A stretch of DNA of 55,740 nucleotides, counting the filler, from Sphacelaria rigidula (taxonomy: Eukaryota): NCBI GenBank assembly GCA_964200075.2. It is 5 parts of 5 records of this genome, joined end to end, with 100 filler letters (N's around TTAATTAATTAA, not from the genome) between each part and the next. Parts side by side here need not be neighbours in the genome. Positions count along the whole stretch, not along the records: positions 33,506 to 44,573 come from CAXNAA020005443.1; positions 44,674 to 55,740 come from CAXNAA020005444.1; 3 more parts are not named here. One strand, written 5' to 3'. The position numbers and the translations under genes were made by a program. The notes beneath the pieces were generated by a model. It was given only the letters and a program-made list of their open reading frames with translations, was not told the DNA's origin and did no database searches. Every line of letters begins with the position of its first letter. Within the stretch, counting starts at the first letter, position 1. This document shows, in pieces, positions 38,148 to 50,386 of this stretch.

Positions 38148-41100
38148 AGCCAACCACCCACCTCCCCCAACCCACACCAACCCACCCACCNNNNNNNNNN
38201 TGGGTTGTTGGGTCGCTAAAACCCCCGAGGCGCCCTCCTTTTTTTGTGCGCCCCCCCCCCCCCCCCCCCTCCCCCTCACCCTATCGTAGGGTCACTCCAG
38301 TGAGTAAAATTCAGGGCAAACAAGCCACCCTTTGTTACTTTGTCGTGCATGCGCTTGCAGGAGCAGGAGAGTGCCGAGAACAGATACCACGAGCTACGAC
38401 GAGAGTCCCTAGAATGTGAGCGAGAATTCTAGGTGACAAACATTCTACACTAACAACTAACAGGTGATATATTTGTGGTGGCAGCAGTCAAGGGACTCAC
38501 TCCTGTTAGCAGCCCCAGAAATTTTCAATGACCATACTTCCTCCGAACAATGCCAATGCCGCGCGACTGTCTAGATGAGTGGCACAAAAAAGATTAAGTG
38601 CACCGGCGATCGGGTTCTGAAGGAACAACGCTTCCTAGCGAGCAATCCTCAAATATTCCCAAAAACAAGTGAATGCCAGCGACGATTCAATTTTGTTTCG
38701 CCGCAATGTGGTAGTACTCTCTGTACCGGGTTGAAAACAACTGCAGTCAGGTCAGGTACAGCGTCTCGAAGCACATGGATGTGTCTCGCGGTGTTATAAT
38801 AAGGGAGCCAGGATTGTGACACTCTGGTAGCCGTGGTAGCTACAGCGGTCAGGCAGGCGTCGCCCCTCACGATCCATGATAACAACAAAAATATTCAACG
38901 GGGACCTGCACTTTTTCAAAGTGTGGCTGTCTGTGCTGGTGTAGCTACTGACAGATCACTGTTTGGGTATTCCTACTAGAGCACTCAAGAAATAATCGTG
39001 CCAACGGTGCGCCACGGAGATTAACAAACGTTGTGCTACAGAGAATAACAAAATGTGGTGCGTTCGCTGTGCCTTGACAGCAGTGTTGTTGCACCGCTCT
39101 TCTACTTCCAACCGCAATGTATTCACTTACGTAAGCTTCGATACGTTTCGCTACCAATACCGTCAAATACTGCGACATATGGTGAGACAAAATTCGGATT
39201 CGGCGCACAGGAAATGACTACAGTCCCTTTCCAAAAACAAACTGGGAGAAGGATAGCTGTCCCGAGATATAGTCTTGTCGTTCTTGGATTTGACGTGGTT
39301 GTTCAGGTATCACGTGTTTCGTCCCGTGAAGTAGTCTCAGCACCATTGGTAGACACCAGTCATTGCGCTATTACGAGTGATTCACGACGTACACAGCGCT
39401 CTGAGTAGGTGCAACGGACCTGGAAGGTTCGTGTATGCCGATACAAATACGGAATATCAGGACCAACGTCGGTCGCTTGACTGCCTGCAACTACTGTGCG
39501 TATATCAGATACGAGGAAAGGAGTGAGCCAGGACCTGCGCGAGCTGACGGCACGAGTAGATTCGATTGACAAGCTGATGTCGACGAAGGGGGGGTACAAG
39601 CCGAAAGCAACTGCAGATAGCTTCCAAGAGGAACTAATGAGACTCAAGAAACGGGTCGATATTGTCTCCGCAAACGTTTTGGGAACTGCGGAGGAAGTTT
39701 CGTACGATGAGGATGGTGTGGATCTGGCCATAAGGTGGATGGAACTTCCAGTATCCCTCTTTGTCGTATCCCACAGACTGATTCTACCGTCGATTCACCT
39801 CGAATCACCTCGCAGCTATTGTTAATAGTCAACTTACCGTAACCGAGAAATTTCAAGTCTGTTGCGTAGGTCTAGGTTAACCACAATTGTGATGACGCGC
39901 ACAGAGTGCTTATATGTAGGACAGGGTTGACGTATTACTCTAAGCGCACATCACGGACTTTTACTGAAATAACCCAAAGACAGGTGAAAGTTGAAGAACC
40001 ATAGTTGCGATTCTCGTGCAAGTTATTCCCAAGCACCTTGGTCTCTTCATTGCATGACTGCAGGTATTCCTGAGTTACTGATTGAGATACAAAATGATTC
40101 CCCCTTTGGTGTAAGCCCACCCCATATAGCGCTCAGGTGTGTTCATCCGTCCGATCGATATCATCTTCACTCGACCACTGACTGCCAAAGGTAGTTGTCC
40201 AGTTGCGGGCGATTAAAGAGTTTCACGGTTTGAAGTAAGGTCCATGGACAGGTAATTTAGCTGCCCAAAAGCAAAACCTTTCAATCGCACATGTAACCCG
40301 GGCAACCCCGATGCTCCACGTCCTACTGGAAACATATGTCCTCGTTCTCTACACAGCATGCCAGGCTGCACACAAACTGTTGAACCACCACCGTTCGAGC
40401 CGCCGGTCGTCGAAATGGAGGAGAAACGATCGGGGAGTGACGGTGCACCAGACTATTTTAACGACACCCTAGCGGGCGGTATTAAAGATGCCACTCTACT
40501 ACCCGGAGATGCCGTGCAGATCCCCTTTTCCTTTACAATGACTAATAACAACAAAGATCTGGAAAGATCAGCCTCTGTACACCCTACAGAATGTTCAGCA
40601 AACCTTGCTATCGGGGACGACGGTGAGCCACACAAAGCGCAGACTTCCGAAAATCAAGTGGACAAGCAGATCATGGGGGCCCTGCAAGAGCAAGACCCTA
40701 ACTTGGTTGCAAAGCTGAATGGTTTAATGAAAACCTTCGGCGTGGATGAGAGCAGAGATGTATCGGGTCTAGAGGAAACAACGTCAACCGAGTCAGCATC
40801 AGGAGGGAAACAGGCCAAAATAATTGCAATGTCCCCGCGACGGGCGCGTGCCAAAGGGAGGTGGACGAAAATCCGAATGAATCGTGCGTTTTTGGTGAAG
40901 AAGATCCGACGGCAGGTGTGTGTATGTGTACGTCGCGTGCGATCATTTGTAGACCTTCCGATCGATAAACACTCCTGGTTCTGCACAAAGCTCGGCTTGC
41001 TGATGTCCACAGTGCTGCACTTGAACGTTACCTGGGTCTCTGCGTTCATTATGTAATGCTTGCTACGTTTGAACGCATTTGTAAGGTGAACGTTGTGTCT

Positions 41101-41546
41101 GAAAGTGCGGCTTGAGATAGGCACGTGGCATTTTTGCTTGCCTGCCACCGAATTGTATAAGTCGATGCATCCCTCTTGCTATAGCGCGATTCCCTCCGAG
41201 TACACTCACACTACACCTACTTTAGATATTTGCAAACGTCCATCTGTAACGCAGAAAATGTCGGACCTAATCTTCGAATGTTCGGTCCATCATAGTACAG
41301 TGAACACACCACTCGATTCCTGCACAGGGCCTTTCTTGTCTACTCGGAAAAGAATATCCATATGTTCAGGAAGTGATATGACGGTGGGAATACTCTCCAT
41401 CCATTCCGGTGTGTATGCACACGAGTAGTCAAGAAACCTGTGTGCTTGTAACCGTTTGGGCGACGTTCGCACCGATCAAGGCGATGACAGAACGCAAGGT
41501 GCAGCAGTCCGAGACCATTGTGACCAGAGTGGAACGCCTTGAAGAG
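36310..41546 (+). CDS. Hypothetical multi-exon coiled-coil protein, 3' incomplete; probable further exon 44057-44250
   Basis: Five consecutive phase-compatible GT-AG exons: 36310-36657, 38361-38415 (EQESAENRYHELRRESLE), 39509-39734 (DLRELTARVDSIDKL...FQEELMRLKKRVD), 40357-40915 and 41481-41546 (AMTERKVQQSETIVTRVERLEE). Heptad-like segments are present but no recognisable domain. Confidence 0.75.
37045..37394 (-). mobile_element. tRNA-derived SINE in intron 1 of the coiled-coil gene
   Basis: The minus-strand head 'ggttgccccggtagctcaggtggtaacctcgaaaacttctgacggtttggtcgtgggttcgaatctccc' has Pol III A-box (TAGCTCAGGTGG) and B-box (GGTTCGAATC) motifs. The body is repeated at 33180-33290 and 33506-33670. 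Confidence 0.75.
37559..38297. mobile_element. ~740-bp non-autonomous DNA transposon with GAGT(C/G)A(T/C)CCTACGATAGGG + poly-G TIRs
   Basis: Left end 'gagtcatcctacgatagggggggg'; right end reverse-complemented 'gagtgaccctacgatagggtgaggggg'. Flanks aagt/cagt are a possible decayed 4-bp TSD. Confidence 0.7.
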
Positions 41547-41554
41547 GTGAGCCA

Positions 41555-41960
41555 CGCCATGGCAGTAATAGCCGCAGTCGTAGTGACAGAGGCATTGCAT
41601 GGGCATGCTACAGTCTCGTGGTAGCACAACGTTCTCACGGTACCTTCAATGATGGCGCTGTGTGACTACCATGACAGTATCACGAGAGTCCATGGTGCCC
41701 TCACAAAGGCACCACATCAACCAGTCCTATGGCAAATTCATGAAGGTTTTGTGTCGTAAAGGTGCCATGCCGCTACCTCTTCGAGGTTCTTGTCGTGATT
41801 TTAGTACGGCACTGCGATGGGCTGCACTGTCGTGGCACGACTCAGCCAGTGTCGTGGTACATCCATGACACCACTATGACACAAGGCTGTCACAGAGCAG
41901 AACCATCATCGCCCCCGGCAGGAGTACCACAATCTTACCACTAGAAGCTTCTTTCATGCC
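41555..41960. repeat. Degenerate CCATGGCA/CATGAC-rich low-complexity repeat (intronic)
   Basis: Recurrent ccatgg, catgac, cgtggca and gcactg words. Confidence 0.4.
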
Positions 41961-44505
41961 GCCGCGCACATGTGCAGTTGGTGTTTTGCCCCTAGCAGCC
42001 TTCCTTGCTAGTGTGACTGTATATACGGTGAGCCCTTCACGATCTGCCGTCGTTGGGCTAGGGTCAGGGTTGTGGTCACGGTTGGGCTCGGTTGGGTGGG
42101 ATAACTTGGGATAGTCGAACGCAGCATAGCGGATGGTGTTATATACAGGTGGTGTAAGCGCGGATGGTAGAAACTGTGCTGCATGTGCGGATGTTAAAGG
42201 GTGGTCCCGGCCACAAAGAGGCCATGTGACTATACTTATTTTGTATCGGGTTCCACGGTAGACGTAAGTGTTCCATCCTGATCCCATCGTGCTAATGATC
42301 ATGGTTCCATCGTCCTAATGTGGTACTAACATGCCCCGCCGCGAGATCTGCGTCGTGGTGTCGTGGGAGGAATTACGATTGCCGCTGAGATGGTCAGTGC
42401 CCCAGGTGGACGCACAACCACTCTCCTAACGGGTACAACATCTTTCTCCCTTTAAACTGCCTAGTAGTGAAGTCGTTCCCGATATGGTGGCGCAGGGCAC
42501 ATCCGACAATCGGCATCCCGCAGCCCATATCAAACGCACGTAGAGCCAGTACCGGATCCGAGATCGCTAGCGCTTAATGTGCTACACAAGCTATCTACGA
42601 AGGTCATACAGAGCCCAACCTCATTACTCTGTTGCAATCATGATTCGAATATCATGACACGGCAGATATTTGTGTTCAATGGAGATCGCCGCGGAGCACA
42701 TTTCTGGGATCCGTGCGTAGATCAAAACAACCGTTCACCCGACGAAGATCATCGTACACCGTGTCACTTTCCACCATCCGTTTGCGTAGGCGCTAGGGGT
42801 TAACGCCTATACTACGGGAGCTGGTCGGCTCGACACTTTGGCTCGCGACATACGGTGTTCGATATCTATGCTCATTGAACACCAAGTCCGGGCCGCGAGG
42901 TGTGAAGCCCTGTTACCGCTTTTTTCGTCCCCGAATAGGAGAAAATTCAACATCGCGCTTCATCATTGTCTGTTTCTCCCACCGTGGCTCCTCGTAAGTA
43001 CTGCCCTTTTGAGTGGTGAACGAACAACCTGCGTAGCCCACGATACCAGCAAGTCCCGAGCTGCGGTCTTCAGCAATCAATCGCTTGCTGAGTTTTTCGG
43101 TGTGAAGAAGTTTCGTTCCTTAACTGTGACAAGCGTTAGAGACGATTATTCTCGTGTTTTATCACGGCTACATCTTACCACTACGTAGTTCCTACCCTTG
43201 GAACATGCCCGTCACATCAATCTTATTCGTCTGTTTTGCCGCGTTCCACACGAGGCACGCTTCATCATCTTCGTAACGCACGTGCACATCCTACGCCACA
43301 AGTGCCTCCATCGCCGCCTTGCTATCTCATAACAGTACCTCGTCCCTTTCCTCTACCTGCGCACGCAGCGATGCGTTCTCGGCTCCAATTTCTTTACTTC
43401 CTGCACAGTGCACGGGCCCTTCCATACTTCCTCTAGCGCTGCCTGCAGCTACTGGCGCAGACCATGCACAGGAGGTAGGCCCGCCAGCATCCCTTGTCGA
43501 TGATTATGGGAGCAGCATGGGAGTCGGAGATGATGGGAGACACAGAGGGGAAATGAAGAAGAGTCATTTGGGCGGGGGTGGGGACGCCGGATGGATGTGG
43601 ATGGCCGAAGATGTTGGCCACTTGTGTGTGGACTTACTGCTGGCGAGGACACTGTCCGAGTTGGCGGAGGGTCTCGCCTTCGCTTCTAGGTGCTAGTCCA
43701 TCGAGTAGAACAGTGACGCGCCGACGCATTAATTGAACTTTGTCAATTGCTTCCGGGCTTCACGCCGATTTTTCCGAAGTCCGACAGAAGATGCCAACTT
43801 TCTCAAACTCAGTCCCATGCCACAGTATAGCTGACAGATAGACAATTTTCGCGGAAAATGCCTTTACTGAAGGACCACACCTGGTTTGACATTCAAATAC
43901 CGTGTCCCTATGCTAGACAGTTGAGACTTTCGATGATACGCAGGGTCCCATGCTCCATGGTCCTGAATGTAGCGCGCTGTGGATCGTCGATCTTACGCAA
44001 ACCACGCGTGCTGTCCTCTTGATCGAGTGCGAACAGTCATGCTGAGTATTTGGCAGTTAACGCCGGCACTCCACCCCTATCTCAAAGACCCACCGACGTT
44101 GGGAGAAAGCGCGACAGTTCAGGTCAAGCTGAAATTAGGGCAGAGATTGAGCACATGCGGGATCGGTGCGAGAGGCTCGGTGCTTTGGTGATCGAGACGG
44201 GCCGACGCGCGCCACTGAGCTATCTCGGCGAAGGCGTTTCGATGAACACGGTGCGAGTCACACACGTGCTGAGAGAGATGACGGACTGCATGACGGGACA
44301 TGTTTTTTGAACGGCTACCGTACAACCCTCGAAAACAAAGTCGGGATGAATGGTACCCTGAGCGGCCTTCCTTCCTCCCTTTCGAAGGAATCGTTCTTTC
44401 ATGTTCATACCTCATCGAGTACCAGTTATACCGCTCTCGGGAGAGAAGCGTGACACACAAGACGCCCCGTCCTAACACGTATATTTGCTGCGTATACTTG
44501 TACAT

Positions 44506-44573
44506 CGGTTGCCCCGGTGGCTCAGTTGGTAACCTCGTAACATTCTGATGGTTGAGTTGGGGGGTTCGATTCC
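44506..44573 (+). mobile_element. tRNA-like SINE head truncated by contig end
   Basis: 'cggttgccccggtggctcagttggtaacctcg...ggttcgattcc' matches the SINE head at 37325-37393. Confidence 0.75.
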
Positions 44574-44673
44574 NNNNNNNNNNNNNNNNNNNNNNNNNNN
44601 NNNNNNNNNNNNNNNNNTTAATTAATTAANNNNNNNNNNNNNNNNNNNNNNNNNNNNNNNNNNNNNNNNNNNN
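44574..44673. other. Artificial contig linker
   Basis: N44-TTAATTAATTAA-N44. Confidence 0.98.
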
Positions 44674-46980
44674 TTTGGGAGACCGCATGTAGCCGCCACG
44701 GGGGAACACAGAGTTTCTCCTCTATGAAAATGCCAGTCTTCCTAACTGCAAACACTTTCGTGCTCGTTGGTTTCTAATAAGAACATTAAATTGTCGATTT
44801 GTGATGGTACTGTACTGATTCGCAGATGCCAATGACAGGAAAGATTCATAGTGCTGTTCGACAGTATCTTCGAACGCTTGAACGGACCCAAAGCGAACAC
44901 TTTCTTCTGTGAGTCAACGGCAACACCCAGTTTTCAGGCTTCGTCAAAACGCCCTCATCTCACGAAAAAAATAAAACCTTCATGTGCTTCCCACGATTTT
45001 TCATGTTGCCCCATGCATTACCCACACCAGATATTGGCCTGCGCATCCGCCTGCAAACGGTCGTTTTCCCTCGTGCTACCTAATTTTTCGAACAATTTCA
45101 TACCACCTTTGTTCAGTCTTCAGCATTTCCCCCACTGGCACGATCCATCCTCTTGGATAGTTTGCATTTTGCCAGTTCAACTCCTCTCTATTCCCTTGCC
45201 ATACGGTGGGCAGTTCTGTCCAGCTACTTCGCGGCTAGGCAAGACCTTTCGTGAGGCCGGGCTGATTTGAAAACATCGCTAGACTCTCGATAATGATGAA
45301 AATTCTCCTCCTGTCGGGGGCCAGTCCAAGATGAGACTTCAGAAAAATTCAAATGTGAGATTCCGGTGTTTGAAGGGGCCAACATCTGGATACGGTAGCC
45401 TTGACAACCAAGTGACAAATGTCTTAAAAATGTGCGGATAAAGGTTCGATGACTCCCTTAGAGGAAACGTTCATTTCCTCAGACGGATACCCTTTCTCAG
45501 TTTTCGCTAACCCGTCACCACGGAACGTGTCCAGGTACATGCCCGGTACAAATGTAGTGTGCACATCTCGGAGGAAAGATTTTCAGTGTGAAGAAAAAAT
45601 CATCTTGAACCTCGGGAAAAAGACCACCCTTGGAGTTCCGTGCAAAAATCATGACCAGCGCACCGCCGCAGAAGCACACATCTGTGGAATGCCCACATTG
45701 TTACATTTGCGTGTTGATCGTGTTTTCGGCTCGAGAAGCGGGATGTCATCGAGTTCTATATTGCGCTTCATAAGTAGCCCTCATTTCATGTTCAACAACG
45801 GACCGACTGTTTTCGTGATATTACCGTAACCTACAACCTCATTGAGAACCACAAAGAACAAACTTCGTTGGGTCATCCCTCGGCCAAGGCCATTTTTCAT
45901 CAGCGACGGCTGCTACCCAGTACATGTAAAAAAAGCAGTCAAGTGGCCGCAAGGGCACGTGCTGGACTCCAACCCGAATTATACAAGTTTCTAGCCCCCA
46001 AAGCTTCCACCACCTAAAACACACGCACGCCCAAAATATTTCACGATTTTTCCAACTCCCGTGGAGTAAGATGGCATTCACTAGAATTGAACGAGGTATT
46101 AGACAGGAAGTGATCATCTCACAGGGAGACGCGTCTTACTGCACGCCAAAACCCGTGTTGGAAGTCCCACATACGATGATGGAATACAGAGCGTCTGACT
46201 GGTCAGTTACTAGGGAGGGGGCCAAGATAGAAATGTACCAGTCCAACCCGAGCAGCACATACGCATTTTAGCATGAAAGAGGGGATCAACAGATTCTCCC
46301 GTCCCTTCCAAGACTTCCCTCACCTCCCATCATAGTATGTGTACTACCTGGCCTGGTGACGGCCCATTTCGCTACAAAAAACGTGGCGACCGATAATTCG
46401 TGCAACCTCGCCTCGCGTTACACCGGGAAACCGCTCCCCCTCCCGAACCTCCATCATCCGACCCTACTCTTCGTCTGTATATAATAGACCTGCCACACCC
46501 GCGGCTCATTTTCGTAGACATACGCACGAACCCGCTAAACTTGAGTAAATTACATACTTAACAACCAGATAAAACCCAATCGACACCCAGCTTCCAATAA
46601 CGTACCCTCGAATGTGGGTGGGGACATGTACTGATCTGACTTTCATGCAAAAATGCGAATGTAGCACGACGCGGCGTTTCACGTCTGCTGAGGAGATTCA
46701 AAATTCACCAAACGAGGCAAATAGAAGACCTACTCGGGAACTTCCCCCTCATCTTACCTGCACACATTTTCCATAACGTTTTCCAACATCCAAGGACGTT
46801 TCACATCCGTTCACGAGAACACACATCATTAATTAAACGCGGACACAACACTACAGAGGAGACGGAAGAACAAAACCGAGAGGGACTCCTCTTCACTACA
46901 GCCATCCTCTTCTATATACTCACTACACAAAGATGCATTTTGGTTTAAACGAAAATGAACTGAAATACAAACGTCCATGG

Positions 46981-49900
46981 TTAGTTTCGTGCTGCGTGGA
47001 CAGCGAATACACCGGCGGCGATCGCTGCCAAGGTGACAAAGCTCCCCGTGGAAGACGTAGAGGGTGCAGCCGAGGAGGAAGCCACCGGGGGGAGCGTGAA
47101 GTCTTCCGAGAGACCAGGAGGGGGAGTGGATCCCGATGTGGTGGGAGCCGCGGATCCGACGGCCCTGGAGCCGGTTGTCGGAGCCGCAGAGTAGCCGTCG
47201 ACTAGTCCATCAACGCCAGTGGGGGCCGCGGATGGGGCCCCGGTCCCGAAGTCAAGATCCCTGGAACCGGTCGTGGGTGCCCCAGTGGGTGCGACAGACA
47301 CCATGGCCGCGCCAACAGCAGTGGGGGCCATGGAGAAATCGATCGCACGGTCACCGGCGGTAGGTGCTGGGGTAGCGCCCACAAGGGGGTTGACGGGGGC
47401 CACTGCGGGCGCGTCAGTGTACGTACCGTTGACCATGATACAGGGAGCTGCCACTCCTTGCTCACACATGACGCCGTCGGCGAGGATGTTCGCCGAGCAG
47501 CAGTCCGACGCGCCCGCGGTACCGAGGATGGAGCCGCAGCCCTCACCACCACACTGGCCGCACGGCTCGGCGCAGCAAACCTCCCCATCTTGCACACCAG
47601 CGAGGCCGTTTGGGCACATGGACGGCGCGTACTCTGGAACGTGCCGACACGAAATGTAATTACACAGGGTGCATGTGCAAGCAACACATACGAGCGGAGT
47701 GCCGTGTCAGGGGAGAACTGCGTTTGTCAGGCGAGTCGTCGCTGGTCGCAACGAGTGCACTTTGTGGATGTTTTTCGAAACCACGACTTTCTTGTATAGT
47801 GAGCAGTGACTTGAGTGCTTGTCCCACTAATTTTTCCCCAACGAACATCCTTGGCGATGGCTCCTCTTCAAAAACCAGCCCAAACGTCGCAAAAAAAGTG
47901 ACATCCAGCGCCTGATGTTCAGTTTTAGGCCGCATGGAGCGCCCCACATTGGCGACAGTGGCTAGAACAAACTCACGCGTGGGAATTGCCAGCTGCTTTT
48001 TGTGTTCATGTTTCCCATTCCGGTTCACGTGGACATTTTGCTTTCCAATACCATGCTTTCGGGGGGGGGGCTATCGTAGACAGTCAAAACAAATACGAGT
48101 GCCACGGGTCACACTCGTGATCATCCGACATATGGAGAATCTAGAGTGATTGCGACTAAATAGAATAAGACGCATGAAAAAAGCAGTCACACTCCATCGA
48201 TATATTCCGCCAGCGCGGAAAACTCACCAGGAGCAGGTAGTACACATGGAGCCTGGGCGACATCTTCACATTGATCTCCGAAACTCGCGATCGTCCCAGA
48301 GCAGCAGTCGGAGCTGGAAAGGCCAGGATAGTCTCCACAGCCAAGCCCACCGCACGTGGGGCAAGCCGGGTTGCAACAGACGCCCTTGATCGGGTCCTCC
48401 ACTCCCTCATAGCCATTGGAGCACGTCGTGTTGCTTTGAGCGACTGTACAATTGGATTCCGCGTATGCGAGTCGTACATCAATTCGATTGAACAAGTTCT
48501 AAAAATTGCCGTCCTACCCGTCTTTGACCCGGTCGTGCAACGGTGGTCAAAGCAATGAAAAATGCGTCCCATGCCAACCTCGCAGAATAGGGGAGTGTTT
48601 TCGGTCCACAAGGGTCGGTTCGAAGCAGGAATACCGCGGTATAACATTTCCTTAATTTGTGCTCAGACCGAAAACATAACGCGAGCTCAAAAGACCATGG
48701 AGCAAGACTACGGTTGATAAAAAGGGTGACTAAGAGCTCGTGAGTAACGCGTCACCTGTTGTGTCGAAGCACGGGGCCTCCATCGTCACTGCGCAGTCGC
48801 GTCCAGAGTCGATGATCGACTGATAGCAGCAGTCACTGGGGCTAGTTCCAACAATCGTTCCGCATCCTTCTCCACCACACTCGTCTCCGCAAACAATGGG
48901 ACAGCACACATCCGAACTTGGGTCCTGTACTCCGGTCAACCCGTTATCGCAGGTGGAATTGCTGCTAGCAGAGGCTGCACAGTCGGGACGGAGAGTCGTC
49001 GGTCGAGTCGGAAAAACAGTCGTAAGCAGTATTCTCAACTTGGACCGACCAACATGGAAATTGTGGAAATCTCGCGAGCCATGTCTGTCGACACTTCGGA
49101 GTGGCGCTGGGCAACAGAGTCACCTATTCAAGGAAGTCTACAGTATGGCGTCATTCTCTGTTGGCCTGTTGAGAAATGGGCCGAAATCGTCCTGTCCGCT
49201 CCTCTCGAGTATTCGCACCTGTGAACAAACACTATTTCACACACGGTACGCTGAGCAAAATGGCATGCACACGTGCATACTCACTAGCTTCCAGGTTGCA
49301 AGGAGCTGCCCCCGATTCAGAGCAGAGTATGTTCGACGCCTTGATTTCGGTCACGCAGCAGTCGAAGGGTCCGTTCGTCGTGTTTTGCAAACCACACTGA
49401 GCCCCACCGCAGAAGCCGCACTCGAGGGAACAGCACACGTCGAACGAAGTTGACTCGAGACCGGGTGTCCCGTCGGAGCACTCTTGCGTCTCTAGTCGAT
49501 GATGAGGTACACGTGCATCGTCGTCGGCAAAACAAACGCGAAAGGTTGGGTGGGTTGGGGGTGTTACGTGCAGATGCATGACTGTGATGTTACGCAATGG
49601 ATTCCCGAGACGCACATGACAATTTCAATTACTGCAGGATGTCAGAATTTGTTCCGATTTGTGCCATTTCGTCGTCTAAAAGTGTCCCCAGACAGCGTCA
49701 AAGGAGGGGGCAGTAGCGTTGTGCCGACAATCAACTTCCCACGAATACGGAGCGGGGCACGTACAAAAAACAGTCAACGGTAGTTGAGGGGCGGAAGTCC
49801 CGGGCACGCGGGCTCGGTACAGCGCTAGCTTATGCGGTGTACAGTTCTCGAATACAGTCGAAGCGACCAAGGATTGTCATCTTGGGGTGAGAATGAATGT

Positions 49901-50386
49901 TGGCGCTTGTCAGCAGGAACGTGTAGGCGGGTACGTTCCACACTGCCCAAGGCACAGTGTACTAACGTACGTTGGTTCAAAGTAACGGGGGTCTGCGGAG
50001 ATAAGAAGCTGCCCAGTGATGCGCTCATACGTCAAGACACTGCGGCAGTTCGGATATTCGTTACAGGCAACAGTCCGGGTGCAGCGTACGTGACCAAGAG
50101 TGACGTCAAGGAGGCCGGGGGTACAGATGATCGAGGTATCCACCTGTGCAGTGAGCAGTTCACTGCCATCATTCGATGTACATAATTCCTTCGATTGGGG
50201 TGCGTCCATCCAGTAAAATATGGAACGATTGTTGAATGACTTCGTGTTTGGTGTGAATGTTCAAGATACATTCCGATAGTGGACAACAGTCAGTAGGGTC
50301 ATCGAGATGGGCTCACCGGCTGGCGTTGCCCATCCGACCACAGCAAGAGCTCCGATGAAAGCAGCCACGTTCATTCTTCTTGGCAT
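46981..50386 (-). CDS. Secreted, probably GPI-anchored cell-surface protein with four 8-Cys repeats and an Ala/Pro/Thr-rich stalk, 454 aa, 5 exons
   Basis: Exons 50386-50317 (MPRRMNVAAFIGALAVVGWATPA, signal peptide), 49491-49285, 48974-48756, 48443-48228 and 47633-46981; all four introns are phase 1, total 1365 nt. Each of exons 2-5 carries C-x-(N/D)G-x2-G...VCC-x3-C-x2/3-CGG-x2-CG-x7/8-DCC-x3-I-x6-C-x4-APC. The C-terminus SSSAAPSTSSTGSFVTLAAIAAGVFAVHAARN* has small residues followed by a hydrophobic tail. Confidence 0.92.

Noticed and set aside
37511-38419. 302-aa plus-strand ORF
   Set aside because: It lies mostly within an intronic TIR element with homopolymer runs and an N gap. The real exon 38361-38415 uses another frame.
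42050-42105. Telomere-like 'ctagggtcagggtt' words
   Set aside because: Too short and degenerate, and intronic. Not a telomeric array.
44506-44573. tRNA gene
   Set aside because: A/B boxes are present but there is no convincing cloverleaf. It matches the SINE head at 37325-37393.
49910-50142. Cys-containing ORF in intron 1 as an extra module exon
   Set aside because: The open frame starts in phase 0 while flanking introns are phase 1. The phase-1 frame hits a stop, and the Cys pattern differs from the repeats.
3578-50386. Functional cluster linking the phosphatase, psbO and the surface protein
   Set aside because: The genes are on different concatenated contigs, so proximity is artificial.
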